This document shows positions 26,384 to 38,662 of a stretch of 64,000 nt of DNA, piece by piece. A program made the translations under genes and the position numbers. Source of the DNA: Mobula hypostoma (taxonomy: Eukaryota); assembly GCF_963921235.1 (NCBI RefSeq), contig NC_086097.1, positions 26,104,001-26,168,000 of the forward strand. Reading direction: 5' to 3'. Below the pieces are notes generated by a model. The model made no database searches. It was not told the origin of the DNA and saw nothing but the letters and a program-made list of their open reading frames with translations. Numbering within the stretch: the stretch's first letter is position 1; every line of letters begins with the position of its first letter.

Positions 26384-27919
26384 CAGGTTTCCCCCGCTAT
26401 CCGAAGGTAGAGTGTTCCTATGAAACGGTTCGTAAGCCGAAATGTTGTAAAGCGAAGAAGCAATTACCATTTATTTATATGGGAAAATTTTGTGAGTGTT
26501 CGCAGACCCAAAAATAACCTACCAAATCATGCCAAATAACACACAAAACCTAAAATAACAGTAACATATAGTAAAAGCAGGAATGATATGATAAATACAC
26601 AGCCTATATAAATTATAAATACTTTTCCACAATCATTACTGCACTGTTCTCCGTAGCAAAAATCTCGCGCAAGCGCCATCGGCAGAAAATCTCACGCAAG
26701 CGCTGTTGGCAAAAACATGGCGTAAGCGCTGTCCAGTAACCTTTAAGCTATGAAGCTGCCAAATCATACCAAATATCACATAAAAATACACAGCCTATAT
26801 AAAGTAGAAATAATGTATGTACAGTGTAGTATCACTTACCGGAATTGGGACAGTGCCGAGCACACTGATGGTGGTGTGTTAGGCTGAGTCAGAGGTTGGG
26901 TGGTGTAGTGGCCCCCACCCTCCAGGCCGCCAAGTGATACATTGCCGCAAGGCACGCAGGGGTCCAGTGGTAGCCGGGAGGCACACAGCACATCTTTAAG
27001 AAAACAGCTGAAACAAACATGCTAATTAATTAGGTGCTGCCTGGCATGTAATTGTCGGCCCAGATCAGTGCCAATTGCATCGCCTTTGATCTGGGCTGAC
27101 ATTTACGTGTGGGGCGGCACCTAATTAATTAGCATGTTTATTTCGGCTTTTTTCTTAAAGATGTGCTGTGTGCCTCCCGGCTACTGCTGCATTCTCTGCA
27201 AATCGGTACAGTATCTGTCCGCGGCCTGGGTGTTGGGGTGGTGGGACACTGGGGTGTCATCTCATCATCTGTTTCCATTAGAGCAGGCAGCTCATCTTCT
27301 CCTATGACTGCCCGCCTCAATGTCGAAGGGCAAGGTTCGTCGTCTGCTGTGGCTGATGTGGAAGGCTTGCTTGACTGCTGAGCCTCGCGCATTTTTCTAC
27401 CATACAGTTCTTTGTAAGGACTGAAACCATCCTGCAAACTCACGTAGTTGCTTCACTTTCGCTACTGCATTCAGTTTCAATTGTTATCCTTTCCTCTTCC
27501 AATTGCATCAGCTCTTTATCTAACAGTTCTTGGTCATGGGATGCCAAAACCTCTTCAACATCATCTTCGTCAGCTTCCACAAGCCAAACTCACTTAGTCC
27601 TTACTTCCTTCACCACGATCGAAATGCTTAATTATGTCTCGTTTTACGCTAAGTGTAACACCCGTATGAGCTCTTTCAGGCTTTTCCGACACCTTAGAAC
27701 TCACCTTGCTAACGGCTGCTTAATGCAACGTGTTAAAGCAATGCAGTTCCGAATCCAGGGGAGAGTGGTGCTCGGGGTGCGCGCTGCCTTTTATCGCGCG
27801 CTGAATTTTTTTTCGTAACAGTGAAAACACCTTCTGAAAGCGAAAACAGGGTACTAATGTAGGTCTTTCATAACAGTGAGGTTTCGTAAAGCGAATGTTC
27901 GAAAAGCAGGGGACACCTG
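26384..27919 (-). mobile_element. Non-autonomous Tigger/pogo-like DNA transposon with C-terminal transposase remnant
   Basis: TIRs CAGGTTTCCCCCGCTATCCGAA / TTCGAAAAGCAGGGGACACCTG. TA on the right flank (TG on the left). Minus-strand remnant EADEDDVEEVLASHDQELLDKELMQLEEE...LQDGFSPYKELY resembles the acidic Tigger C-terminus. Confidence 0.82.
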
Positions 27920-30082
27920 TAGTAGCTCACAAAAGTTGAATGGGAGAGGATGCTTACATGAAAAGTATTTGGGAATTAGGAGTTTTTTTTAATAATTGCG
28001 ATAGGAAGAGTTCAAGACCAGACTGAATAATAGGACTGGCAAGATTAAGGCATCTTTGCTAATGAGATACCTAGTCAGAAAATAGTGTTCTATGTCAGCT
28101 ATAGGCAGCTGGGATCAAGAGAGAGTTCTTTAAGTATAAGGGATATCCGAGGACACTTAAGGAGGAAGTTAAGAGGGCAAAGAGAGGTATAACTACCCCT
28201 GGCAAATAAAGGAGAATACAAGAATCTATGAGTATATTAAGGGGAAAGGGGGAGATAGGGAGAGAGTAGATCCCCTTGAAGATCTATGTGTGGAGCCACA
28301 GGAAAAAGTGAGGTTTTAAGTAAATATTTTTTTTCTACCCTGGAGTGGGGCATGGATTGAAATGAGTTCAAACAATGATACAATGATACCCTGGAACATA
28401 TTAACATTATAGATTTAGTGGCAATGGAGGTCCTGAAATTCATCAAGGAGTTATATCTGACCAAATGTATCCCAGCATGCAAACACAAGATACTACAAAT
28501 GTTGGAAGCTGTAAGATTTGAGTCAGGATCTTTCAACGAGATTGAAAGCTAGAGGGAAGATAGCCAGTATAAAGAAGTGAGGGGAAGAACAGGGTAAGGA
28601 TTGGCAAGGATGTCCAGATGAGGATGGGTGATATGGAGATTGAGGAAGGAAGAGTGGAGATGGCAGTTGAGGCTGGGAGGTGATAAATGGAGGCAGTAAA
28701 GGGAAAGGAATCTGTTCGGAGAGGTGAAGCATGGAGACAAATAATAGAGGTCAAGACAGAAAGGAACAGCCATGGGAGGGAAAGGATAGGTGATGGGTAC
28801 AAGGGCAGAAAGAGGTAGGGTAATGAGGGCTGGGAAAATGGTGCGGCTAGGAGGAGGAACTGGGTAGATCCAGAGGAAGGGTGTGGAGTAGGTTACCTGG
28901 AACTGGAAAATTCAATTTTTGTGCTGTTATACAGAACTATTTCTTTTGTAAATTTCACTCTGTATTTGTGATCAAAGTTAGCAGAAATGTTATTGAAAGG
29001 AACAATTTCAAACTTGCTACTCACCTATAAAGGCAAGTGACAATTGAGTGGGAGCTTTCTCTAATATACCCTAGGATGTTATGGGAAGCTAGGAAAGAAA
29101 TTGCAGTGCCCTAGAAGAGAATTTTGGTATCCTCCTTAGCTAGAGTTGAGATAAAGAAGGGAGGAGGCTGGCTAATGTACTCTTATTTAAGGAGGGCTAC
29201 GAGGACAAGCCAGGGAATTTGAGAACAGAGAGGGTAACATCAGTGCTCTGGAAGTTGGGCAACACTAGGAGTACAGTGTGCATTTCTGGACTCCACACAA
29301 GTTTGTGGCTGCACAAGAAAGAGTGAGAGGACATTCACCATGCTGTTGCCAGAGGACTTTATAGTGAGTAATTGAGTTGTTGGGGTTACATTCCCAGGAG
29401 TGAAGCAGGCTGAGGTGTGACAGGACAGAATTATATAAATCTATGAGGCACAGAGAGAGTAAATTGTTAGAATCTTTTTTCCCCATGGAAATAGTATTAA
29501 AAATAAGAGGATGTAAGTTTAAATTCCGAGTCAAAGTTGTACATTACAGAAATTGACTATTTCTGTCCATGAGAGGTAGGAATTTCAGGATTTAAAAAAC
29601 ATAATGGCTGATAAATGGAACTCATTATCAGCAGTGTTGGTGGAATCAGACACAATCAGTATGTTTAAGAAATATTAAGACAAGCATCTGAATTGGCAAT
29701 GAAAAGAGTGAAACAAATTTAATGCAGGCAAATAAGATGGTATGGACAGGCAAAAGTGGTCAGTATGGATGTGACGGGTTAAGGGACATTTCTGTGCTGT
29801 ACAACTCTAAGCAATCTCAAGGAAAATACACAGCTCAGGAGGTCGGGACTGAACCTGGGTCATTGGAGCTGTAAGGCTGCAGCTCTACTTGCGGTGTCAA
29901 CTCAGATGCTAAAAGTGTTATAATGCACTGCCACAGGTTCCCAAATATTCAACCACCAAAAAATTTCATAACATATGCCAGTGACAATAATCCAGATTCT
30001 GACTCAACCACTAGCAGAAAATATTCATGGTTAACTTAGAAAATATAAATTGAATCCATTTAGTTTGTAGAATAAAGTATAC

Positions 30083-30691
30083 TGTCATGTGTGACGCCAC
30101 GAGATCCTGGAAAGAGCAGTGTGCCCCCACAAGTGGTGGGAGTTTGGAGGACCGGTTCACAGAAACCGATCAGAGGCTCACAGGGTTTAAAAGTACAATC
30201 GGTGGGAACCTGGGGTGTGTGTCTGCCCTTGCCTGGGTACCGGGTTCACCGCGGAAGAAGGATCGTACCTGGAATGGAGGGGTCACAGTCGGTGACCACA
30301 GCGGGATTAGAAGACATCAAAAGGTCTGCCCGAAACCAACTGCGAAAACATCAAAAGGTCTGCCTGAAACCAACTGCATCTCTCTCTCTCTCTACATAAC
30401 AGTACAACAACAGTGATTACTTCGAACTGCACTAAACTGAACTGAACTCTGCTTCACTTAAGACGGATCATTTTACCCTTAGACTGCGATACAGCTTGAT
30501 TGATTCCTATTACCTTATTTCTGTGTATATGTGTGTATTATCATTGCTAACCTGTTACATTTATATCCTTACGATTAGAGTACTGTATTACTTATTTCTT
30601 TAATAAAACTTTATTAATTCCTAGTAATCGCAGTCTCCAACGAGCGTTCCATTTCTGCTGGTTTGGCAACCCAGTTACGGGGTAGGTAACA
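30083..30691 (+). repeat. 5' LTR (609 bp)
   Basis: Direct repeat of 33973-34577. TGTCAT...TAACA ends, AATAAA near 30602, and an internal ~35-bp tandem duplication (acatcaaaaggtctgcc.gaaaccaactgc). Confidence 0.95.
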
Positions 30692-30695
30692 TAAG

Positions 30696-30714
30696 TGGGG
30701 ATCTCGTCCGGGAT
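30696..30714 (+). promoter_or_regulatory. Primer binding site, tRNA-Pro type
   Basis: TGGGGATCTCGTCCGGGAT versus the canonical tRNA-Pro PBS TGGGGGCTCGTCCGGGAT, 4 nt after the 5' LTR. Confidence 0.85.
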
Positions 30715-33700
30715 TTTGAACACCAAAATTTGGGACTGGGTAAATTGATTGGGTTAAAATTCCCGAAAGTAAAAAAAGAGGGCAAACAGCAGAAATGGAG
30801 ATTGAGGAATTTCTAAAGGCACCAACCTTGGAGGCATTAGAGGATGCCAGGAAATCAGAATTGGCGACTGTTGCAAAACGGTTGAATCTTTTTAAGGGGA
30901 AGCCAACAATGAGGAGAGCAGAAATGCACAGAGCTATTGCTGAGCATTATGTATCTAAGGGTGTGTTTCCCCACGGGGAGCTGGAGGCAGTGTCTACGAG
31001 CAAACCTGGTGGAGAAGCAGTGCAGCTGCAGATGGAAAAATTAAGACTCAAGCACGAGTTCCGAGTCAAGCAGCTAGAATGAGAAGAAAGAGAGAAGCAA
31101 TTAGAACGGGAAGAGAAGCAGTTAGAACAGGAAGAGAGAGTAAGGCAGCTAGAACGAGAAGAGAGAGAGAAGGAAAGGGAGTTTGAGCTGGAGAAGTTAA
31201 GAATGGCGCTAGAGAGGGGACAAATGCCGAACCAAGGTGGAGGGTTCAGGGCAACCCAGGAGGTTAGGTTGGTTCCCCCATTTGAGGAGGCCGATGTTGA
31301 TCGGTACTTTCTACATTTCGAAAAAGTCGCTGCAAGTCAGGACTGGCCGAGGGCTTTGCTTCAGAGCTTGCTTAAGGGGAAGGCTCAGCAAGCTTACTCG
31401 GCATTGTCAGCAGAAGATGTCCAGAGGTATGATGTGGTGAAAGAGGCTATACTCAGGATTTATGAGTTGATCCCAGAGGCATACCGGCAAAGGTTCCGAA
31501 ATGTGAGGAAGCAGTGGGGCCGCACATATTTAGAGTTTGCCCGTGAGATGCAGATGTATTGTGAGCATTGGTGCGCCTCGAAAGGGGTCACTGGAAATTA
31601 TGACAGACTGCTACAGCTAATACTGATTGAGCAATTTAAAGGTTGTGTCCCTGAAGGTATGAGGCCCTATCTAGATGAGAAAGAGGCAGAAATCTTAGCC
31701 ACAACTGCCAAGTTAGCGGATGAGTACGCATTAACACACAAAGCAAAGTTTACCCCGAGCAAGAGCTACCAGAAGGGTAGTCAAGAGGGAGGAGAAAGTC
31801 CCCCGTCAAAGCCAGAAAATAAGCCAGGGACTAGTGAGAAGGATAAGGAAGACAGGAAGCAGTTTGGTAGGAAGTCTCCTGGGGTCGTATGCTATAATTG
31901 TGGGAAAGCCGGTCACACTGCTTCCAGGTGTTTTGCCCCAAAGGAGGAGACGGGGAAAGGAAAAACGACGACTCCGACTGGCTGTATTGAGCCGGTAAAC
32001 AAACCACTAGGGCAGAAGAGATCTGATAGAGTTCAAGGAAGGGCGCGAGAAGTTTATTTCAGCCGGATTGGTGTCGGTGAAGGAGGGGTCAACCCCAGTT
32101 CCAGTATGGATCTGGAGAGACACTGGAGCTTGTCAGTCATTGATCTTAAGGAGGGTGTTAGACTTTAGTTCAGAGACCAAGCTTGGGGAAGTCAGTGTGA
32201 TAAAAGGCATTGGGAAAGAGACTGAAGCAGTACCTTTGCACCAGATACACCTAAAAAGTGACTTGGTCTCCGGACCGGTCACGATAAGGGTGAGGCCCAA
32301 ATTACCGACGGAAGACGTGGAGGTCTTACTCGGTCACAACCTTGCAGGTGGAGATGTGTACCCAGCAGTAAAGCTGACAAGCAAGCCTGCCAGGACTGAG
32401 GACCCGCCCATAGACTCACAGGTTTATCCCATTTGCTCAGTGACTCGGCGCATGTCCAGAAAGGCTGCCGAAGCAAATATAGATTTAGCTGAGACATTTT
32501 TAACCAGCCTTGTACCAGGAGGCGTTAGAAAGTGAGAAGAAGGAGCATAGTGGAGTGGAAGAAAGTGAGGTAGATTTATCATTAGCAAGGAAGGAATTTA
32601 TACAGGCACAGGAACGAGACGAGGAGCTGATGGTTTTGACGGAGACAGCTCTCTCCGAAGCAGAAATAAAAAGGGAACCAGTGGGCTATTATGTGAAGGA
32701 GGGAGTACTGATGAGGAAGTGGAGACCAAGTACCGTGCCCGCAGATGAGGCATGGGGGGTGGTACACCAGGTGGTAGTGCCGAAAATTTATAGAGACGAG
32801 ATTTTTAACCTGGCCCACAAGATACCCCTCGGTGGACATTTTGGGGTGAGGAAAACAGTCGAAAGGATTATGAAAGAGTTTTACTGGCCGAACATGAGGA
32901 AGGATATTATTGAGTATTGTAGACGTGAGCCGACACAGTTAGAGCCTATTAATATGTTAAAAAGTTACCACGATCAGAAAGCAGATCTAGTAGGCGTGAT
33001 CACGAAAATTAATGGGGTTGGGGTGCCAAATGATAAGGGGAAAATCCATCTTGAAAAGATAAATATGGTGCCGACCAGATTGGAGAACTCTATTGTTTTG
33101 GCCAACTTTGCTGATAAGGTCTCTCACTTAACCCCTGAACAGAGCGAGCCGCTGATAAAGCTAATTAACTGGCATGCAGATGTATGTCCGGATGTCCCGA
33201 GGTGATGCAAGGGGACGGTACATGATGTTGCTGTCACATCAGACCAGCCTATTAAGCAACACCCCTATAGGATGAACTTGGAGAAGGGCAAGCTAGTGGA
33301 GAAAGAAATTGAACACATGCTAGCCACAGGTATTATTAGGCCATCCAAATCGGAATGGGCATCTTCCTGTGTGGTTGTCCCGGAAGCCGATGGGAGCATA
33401 CGATTCTGTAAAGATTACAGAAAGGTGAACGCCATCACAAAAACTGATGCTTACCCCATCCCAAGGGTAGACGATTGCATCGATAAAGTGGGGAGAGCTA
33501 AGTACACCACAAAGATCGATTTGCTAAAACGGTACTGGTGCGTTCCTTTATCCGACTGGGCCAGAGAAATCTCAGCATTTGTCACTCCATCCAGGTTATA
33601 CAAGTATAATGTTTAACCTTTTGGCATGAAGAACGCCCCAGGGACCTTCCAAAGGATGATTAATTCAGTGATAAAAAGGTTAAAGAACGCAGAAGTGTAT

Positions 33701-33972
33701 ATTGACGATTTAGTGGTCTGGAGTGACCAAGCTCTTGCCGAAGAACGCAAAGTTTGAGTGGAACGATCTTTGTCAACAAGCCTTCGAGAGTCTGAAGGTG
33801 ATTCTGTGTCACCACCCTGTATTGAATGCGCCTGACTTTTCAAAACCCTTCTCCCTAGCAACAGATGTATTAACCAAATAGTTGATGACTACCTGTATAT
33901 TAATGTGTATCTTATAATGTGCATTCATGCCCATAATTTTTACCCCAGTAAAAATCCTTTTAAGGGTGGGGA

Positions 33973-34577
33973 TGTCATGTGTGACGCCACGAGACCCTGG
34001 ACAAAGCAGTGTGCCCCCACAAGTGGTGGGAGTTTGGAGGACCGGTTCGCGGGAACCGATCAGAGGCTCAAAGGGTGTAAAGGTACGATCGGTGGGAACC
34101 TGGGTGTGTGTCCGCCCTTGCCTGGGTGCCGGGTTCACCACAGAAGAACGATCGTATCCGGAACGGAGAGGTCACAGTCAGTGACCACAGCGGGATTAGG
34201 AGACATCAAAAGGTCTGCCTGAAACCAACTGCGAAAACATCAAAAGGTCTGCCTGAAACCCACTGCCTCTCTCTCCCTCTCTCTCCCTAACGGTACAACA
34301 ACAGCGATTACTTCGAACTGCACTAAACTGAACTCTGCTTCACTTAAGACTGATCATTTTACCCCCAGACTGCGATAGAACTTGATTGATTCCTATTACC
34401 CTATTTCTGTGTATATGTGTGTATTATCATTGCTAACCTGTTACATTTATATCCTTACGATTAGAGTACTGTATTACTTATTTCTTTAATAAAATTTTAT
34501 TAGTTCCTAGTAATCGCAGACTCCAACGAGCGTTCCATTTCTGCTGGTTTAGCAACCCAGTTACGGGGTACGTAACA
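33973..34577 (+). repeat. 3' LTR (605 bp), preceded by polypurine tract
   Basis: Direct repeat of the 5' LTR, with AAGGGTGGGGA immediately upstream. Confidence 0.95.
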
Positions 34578-36339
34578 ATACATAAAATATTTTTAAAGTA
34601 TTTTTATGGAACTGCCATACATAGGGCATCAAAATAAGCACACTGCTTTAAAGTTCCCATTCCTTTAAGTTACCATAGCTAGCATTTACCAACACTCCTA
34701 TAGAATTCAAGGTCTACCTCAAGCCATATTGCACTTATTGAATTAAAAGTTTAAATGGGGCAGGGGGAAAAAAATCAATACAGTGCTTTTTAGAGCTATG
34801 TTTTTGATCTCATAGACTGAAAGCTCTATGGCTTCAAGCCAAAAAAAAAGCACTTTAATGATTCTCCTTTCTGCTGGATCAGCAAATCCTTTTTTTCCCC
34901 TCTCAGGTTCAGATCAAAATAAAAACTCCAGCCAACCACTTTTGACCGTGACCAGCAGCAGTCTACGGAGGAAAAAACTAAATAGCAATTCAAGAACCAT
35001 TGGGTTCAAAGGCATTCTGGGGAAAGTACAGAGACTGATTTGATAATGAATATCTGATTTTCACATTGCAACTTGAAAGTGGAAGTTTCCCTGCAATAAA
35101 TCATTGTGGTAGCTCAGACAAGATGTGATACTAGAGCAGGACAATTGTCAAAGTTAAGGTTTATGTCCATTAAAGAATCGTAGACATTATCATTAACTGG
35201 AGCCTGATACCATCACTATATTAAGGAGGTACTTAAATAGGGAAAGATATATACCCAATGTGGGCAACTATGATTAACATAGACATGCAAAAAGGTTGGT
35301 AGTTATGTAAAGGGCTGAAGAGTCTGTTTCTGTGCTGCATAACTCAGTCTAGAATCAAAGTCATATATCAAAGGTTTGAGGTAATTTAACAGCATCATGG
35401 TTCCAGAGGGACAGAGAGAGCTATAAGCATGCTAAAAGAAGCTTTCATGCAAGTGTTCTAATGCTTCTCTCAACTTCACAATGAACAACTGATTGGCAAA
35501 CTTCTTATCTGAACATCTCAATATTCTTTTAGGTTTTACAACTGCAGAGTTGTCAATTCACTGTCTTTATACATGCTTGAGGTTTTTGTAGGAAGTGAAG
35601 TAGAAAGCAATGCCTTATAGCAAAACAGTAACTATGACTGAGTGAACCAACAGACCAGTGAGCGAGTATTAAAACTCAAAAACAAAATCTAAACTAAAAT
35701 TATGACCAAAGTGTCCTGATGGGCCAAATGATCACAACAACATATTTGTTGACAAAGAAAATGGAAGAGCCTCAGAATTATATTGGGTCAAATCAAATGG
35801 TTAAAGATCTTCAATTCTAGGAACACAAGAAAAATCAAGTACACAAATGAGGTCAAACCAGTTATGGAGACCACTTCTATCATTTACATGGGAAACACTG
35901 AATGAAATAAGAAAATCCAAATTAAATTGCACTCTTAGGCTAATCACCAACCTGTTGATTGTGGGCGAAGTGGCGAAAGAATAGGCCAGGGCTGATCATC
36001 AAATTTGATCCATTCACTGGGGACAGATGCTGTTTCCTTCATGGACACTGTGCTATGCTGATGTTGAATTGACGAAGAAGAATCATGAAATGTATTATCC
36101 TGATAATTATCATCTTCAAACAATGTACCCGAGACAGGGGAATATTTTCTGTGGTCTCCAACTGTAGGTCAAAAAGTGTATTTTCACATTGTCTGACAAG
36201 TTCTACTAATCTTATGCACAAGTAACTACATACATCAGTATACAGAGTTTAATTTTAAAAGCAATTTAAACAACTTAAACAGCCCGTAAAGTTGGCACCC
36301 AAACCAACTATTCAAGTTTAAACTTGAAGTCCAGGACAA

Positions 36340-36982
36340 GTGAAATGTTAGATTCACTTTGAGAAGACTACAACATCAAAAACAAGGAGGTAATACTGAT
36401 GCTTTAAAAGATATTGGTCATACCACAATAAGGTATTGTGAGCAATTTTGAGCCTCTAATCTAAGAAAGGATGTGCTGGCATTGGAGAGGGTCCAGAGAA
36501 GGTTCAAAAGGATGATCAAAGGAATGAAAGGGTTAATGTATTAGGAGTGTTTGATGACTCTGACCCTGTATTCGTCAGAATTTAGTAGAATGAGGAGGGA
36601 TCACATTGAAACCTATCGAATATTGAAATACCCAGGTAAAATGGACATGGAGAGGACATATCCTATAATGTGCAAGTCTAGAACTAGAGGACACATCCTC
36701 AGAACAGAGGGATGTCCCTTTAGAACAGAGCTGATGAGGAATTTCTTTAGCCAGAGGGAGGAGAATTTGTGGAATTCATTGCCACACACAGTTGTGGAGG
36801 GCAAGTCATTGGGTATACTTAGAGCAGAGCTCAGTAAATTATTGATTAGAAAGAGTGTCAAATGTTACAAGGGAAAAGGCAGAAGAATGCTGTTGAGGGA
36901 AAATAAATCAGCCAGGATGGAATGGCAGGGCAGACTCAATAGGCTAAATGTCCTAGTTTTGCTCTCATGTCTTAGGGTATAA
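36340..36982 (+). mobile_element. CR1 LINE 3' fragment, degenerate
   Basis: RRDHIETYRILK...SRTRGHIL...RNFFSQR..NLWNSLP plus a CR1-type 3' UTR; similar to 13167-13845. Confidence 0.82.
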
Positions 36983-37237
36983 AATTAAATGAGAGATGAA
37001 ACGAACACAAACAATGTTAAAAAAAAGTCTAGTCTGTTCAGAGAATTAATTTAAGTTCACCTGACACACTGCTCATAATAGTCTAAATTTTCCTTATCAC
37101 TTTATGAGTCTGATAGTGCAAGTGATAAAAATAAATATTTGCTCTATGCAATTTTGTCCCATTTAAAATCATCAATATGCACAAAATGTTATTTGGATAT
37201 AGAAAATAAAAACATTCTCTACAAATTAAATATGGTA

Positions 37238-38007
37238 TAGTGGATTCTGGTTAATTGGGACCACAACATTTTGGCCTAATTAAGCACCTGCCCCAATTAG
37301 CCAAAGTTTCATGGAAATAATTAAGGTATTAAAAAATTACAAACTACCATTTAACTGAGTGACAAATTATGTACTTAAAGGAAATACAATACAAATTAGA
37401 AAACTAGCAATGTTACTACAGTTATATAAAACTATTAGTTTCTAACAGTTATTGACAGAGGAATTCATCCAGTGTAAACTGCTACATTCATTTGACTGAA
37501 AATGATCAAAACCGGCACACCTTAATAAAATGCTTCAAATCTTTGTAACATTGAAGATGATTGTCAGTACTATCTAGTTTTTTTTTTGAAGTTCCTAATT
37601 TCTTGAAGTAGTGAAATAGTTTCATTTTCATTCTTGTCTGGTTGTCATCTCCAAGCCTGAATGCTTGAAACTGCAGTGAGTAAAAGTTCTGAATTGTCTT
37701 ACTGCTTATTTCTCACCAAATATCAGTGACAAAAATTACTGCCCTTTACACACAGGCGCACACAACTGATGCTATTTAAAAACTGTTCACTCTAAGCATG
37801 GTGTTGTCAAACAGCCACACAAGTGCACGTCTGACACTAGTTAGAAACTGTTCGGCAACAGTCTCCTGCCCTAATTAAGCAGTACAGAGTCCCAAATAAG
37901 CAAAGGAAATCCTGGCTACTTTCTCAATTAGCTTTTATTCTTTAAGAGTTGTCCCAAGCAAGCAGCTGTCCTGATTAACCACTGGCCAAATTAACCAGAA
38001 TCCACTG
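37238..38007. mobile_element. Non-autonomous Tc1/mariner-superfamily (Tigger-like) DNA transposon
   Basis: TIRs (T/C)AGTGGATTCTGGTTAATT / AATTAACCAGAATCCACTG, with TA on both flanks. A related copy in the opposite orientation is at 45180-46429. Confidence 0.82.
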
Positions 38008-38169
38008 TATTTTGCTGAACTGCAGTATATTGGACGGGTGGAATTCAGGCACGCGCTCAAATAAAAGGTGCATTTTCTTTTTTTAAAAAAGAAATAGCAA
38101 GCCATTTTTAAAAAAATGAATCAAGAATCCTGGGAACAATTGCTGCATTTTTCAATGGTGCGGTTTAGG

Positions 38170-38406
38170 AGAGAGAACGTCGAGGGGAACGTCGACTCAG
38201 ACCATGAGAGGCATGCGTCGGGCATTTTCGTGCCTTACAAGGCACAAATTGGAAGTCTGTGTGGGGTGCCACTCCTCTCACAGACACTAGAGCAATGTGT
38301 GATTAAGTGCCTTGCTCAAGGACGCAAACACGCTGCCACAGCTGAGGCTCGAACTAGCGACCTTCAGATCACTAGACAAACACATTAACCGCTTGGCCAC
38401 GTGCCC
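38170..38406 (-). mobile_element. tRNA-derived SINE with CORE-like body and RTEX-like 3' tail
   Basis: Minus strand: A box TGGCCAAGCGG, B box GTTCGAGCC, body gtccttgagcaaggcacttaa (CORE-like), tail tgcccgacgc...ggtctgagtcgac. Confidence 0.85.
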
Positions 38407-38571
38407 AACACAAACTTGAAATAAAACAGGAATAAAATGGCACAGTTGAAATAAAGCTAAAAACTGTGCAGTGTTGATTGATAAATTTGTTTATTATAAT
38501 TTAGTTTCAGTAATATGATCTGGAAAAACTATACATGTATATCCCTTTTCCTTGAAGCAAACCGATTTTAC

Positions 38572-38662
38572 CTGAATCTCCTCCATCCACTGTGCATTGT
38601 ATATCATCATTAAAGGAGACCCACGCTGACCTGTGCGTAGCTATCACATTACCAGACAACAT
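38572..38662 (-). CDS. STON2: Stonin-2 first coding exon (91 coding nt; exon probably starts at 38804)
   Basis: Translates MLSGNVIATHRSAWVSFNDDIQCTVDGGDS(G), which matches my recollection of the human STON2 N-terminus MTTLDHVIATHQSEWVSFNEE, including the WVxF AP-2-binding motif. Donor TCAG|GTAAAA. Upstream acceptor ttgttttctcttaaaacAG at 38805-38806. Confidence 0.9.

Larger units (their letters stand above)
30083..34577 (+). mobile_element. Gmr1-like Gypsy LTR retrotransposon, both LTRs present, internally deleted
   Basis: LTRs 30083-30691 and 33973-34577 (TG...CA). 4-bp TSD ATAC (30079-30082, 34578-34581). gag has a SCAN-like capsid C-terminus (LLQLILIEQFKGCVPEGMRPYLDE) and a CCHC knuckle (CYNCGKAGHTASRC). 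Protease RDTGACQS is followed by the integrase Zn-binding region (AHKIPLGGHFGVRKT...YWPNM...YCR) and then RT (DYRKVNAITKTDAYPIPR, PFGMKNAPGTFQR, YIDD). Confidence 0.95.

Noticed and set aside
30310..30380. Short direct repeats that could be mistaken for a CRISPR-like array
   Set aside because: Two-unit tandem duplication inside both LTRs, no spacers, no cas genes, eukaryotic context.
38330..38406. tRNA-like sequence with A and B boxes
   Set aside because: It continues into a CORE-like body and a LINE-like tail, so it is a SINE head and not a tRNA gene.
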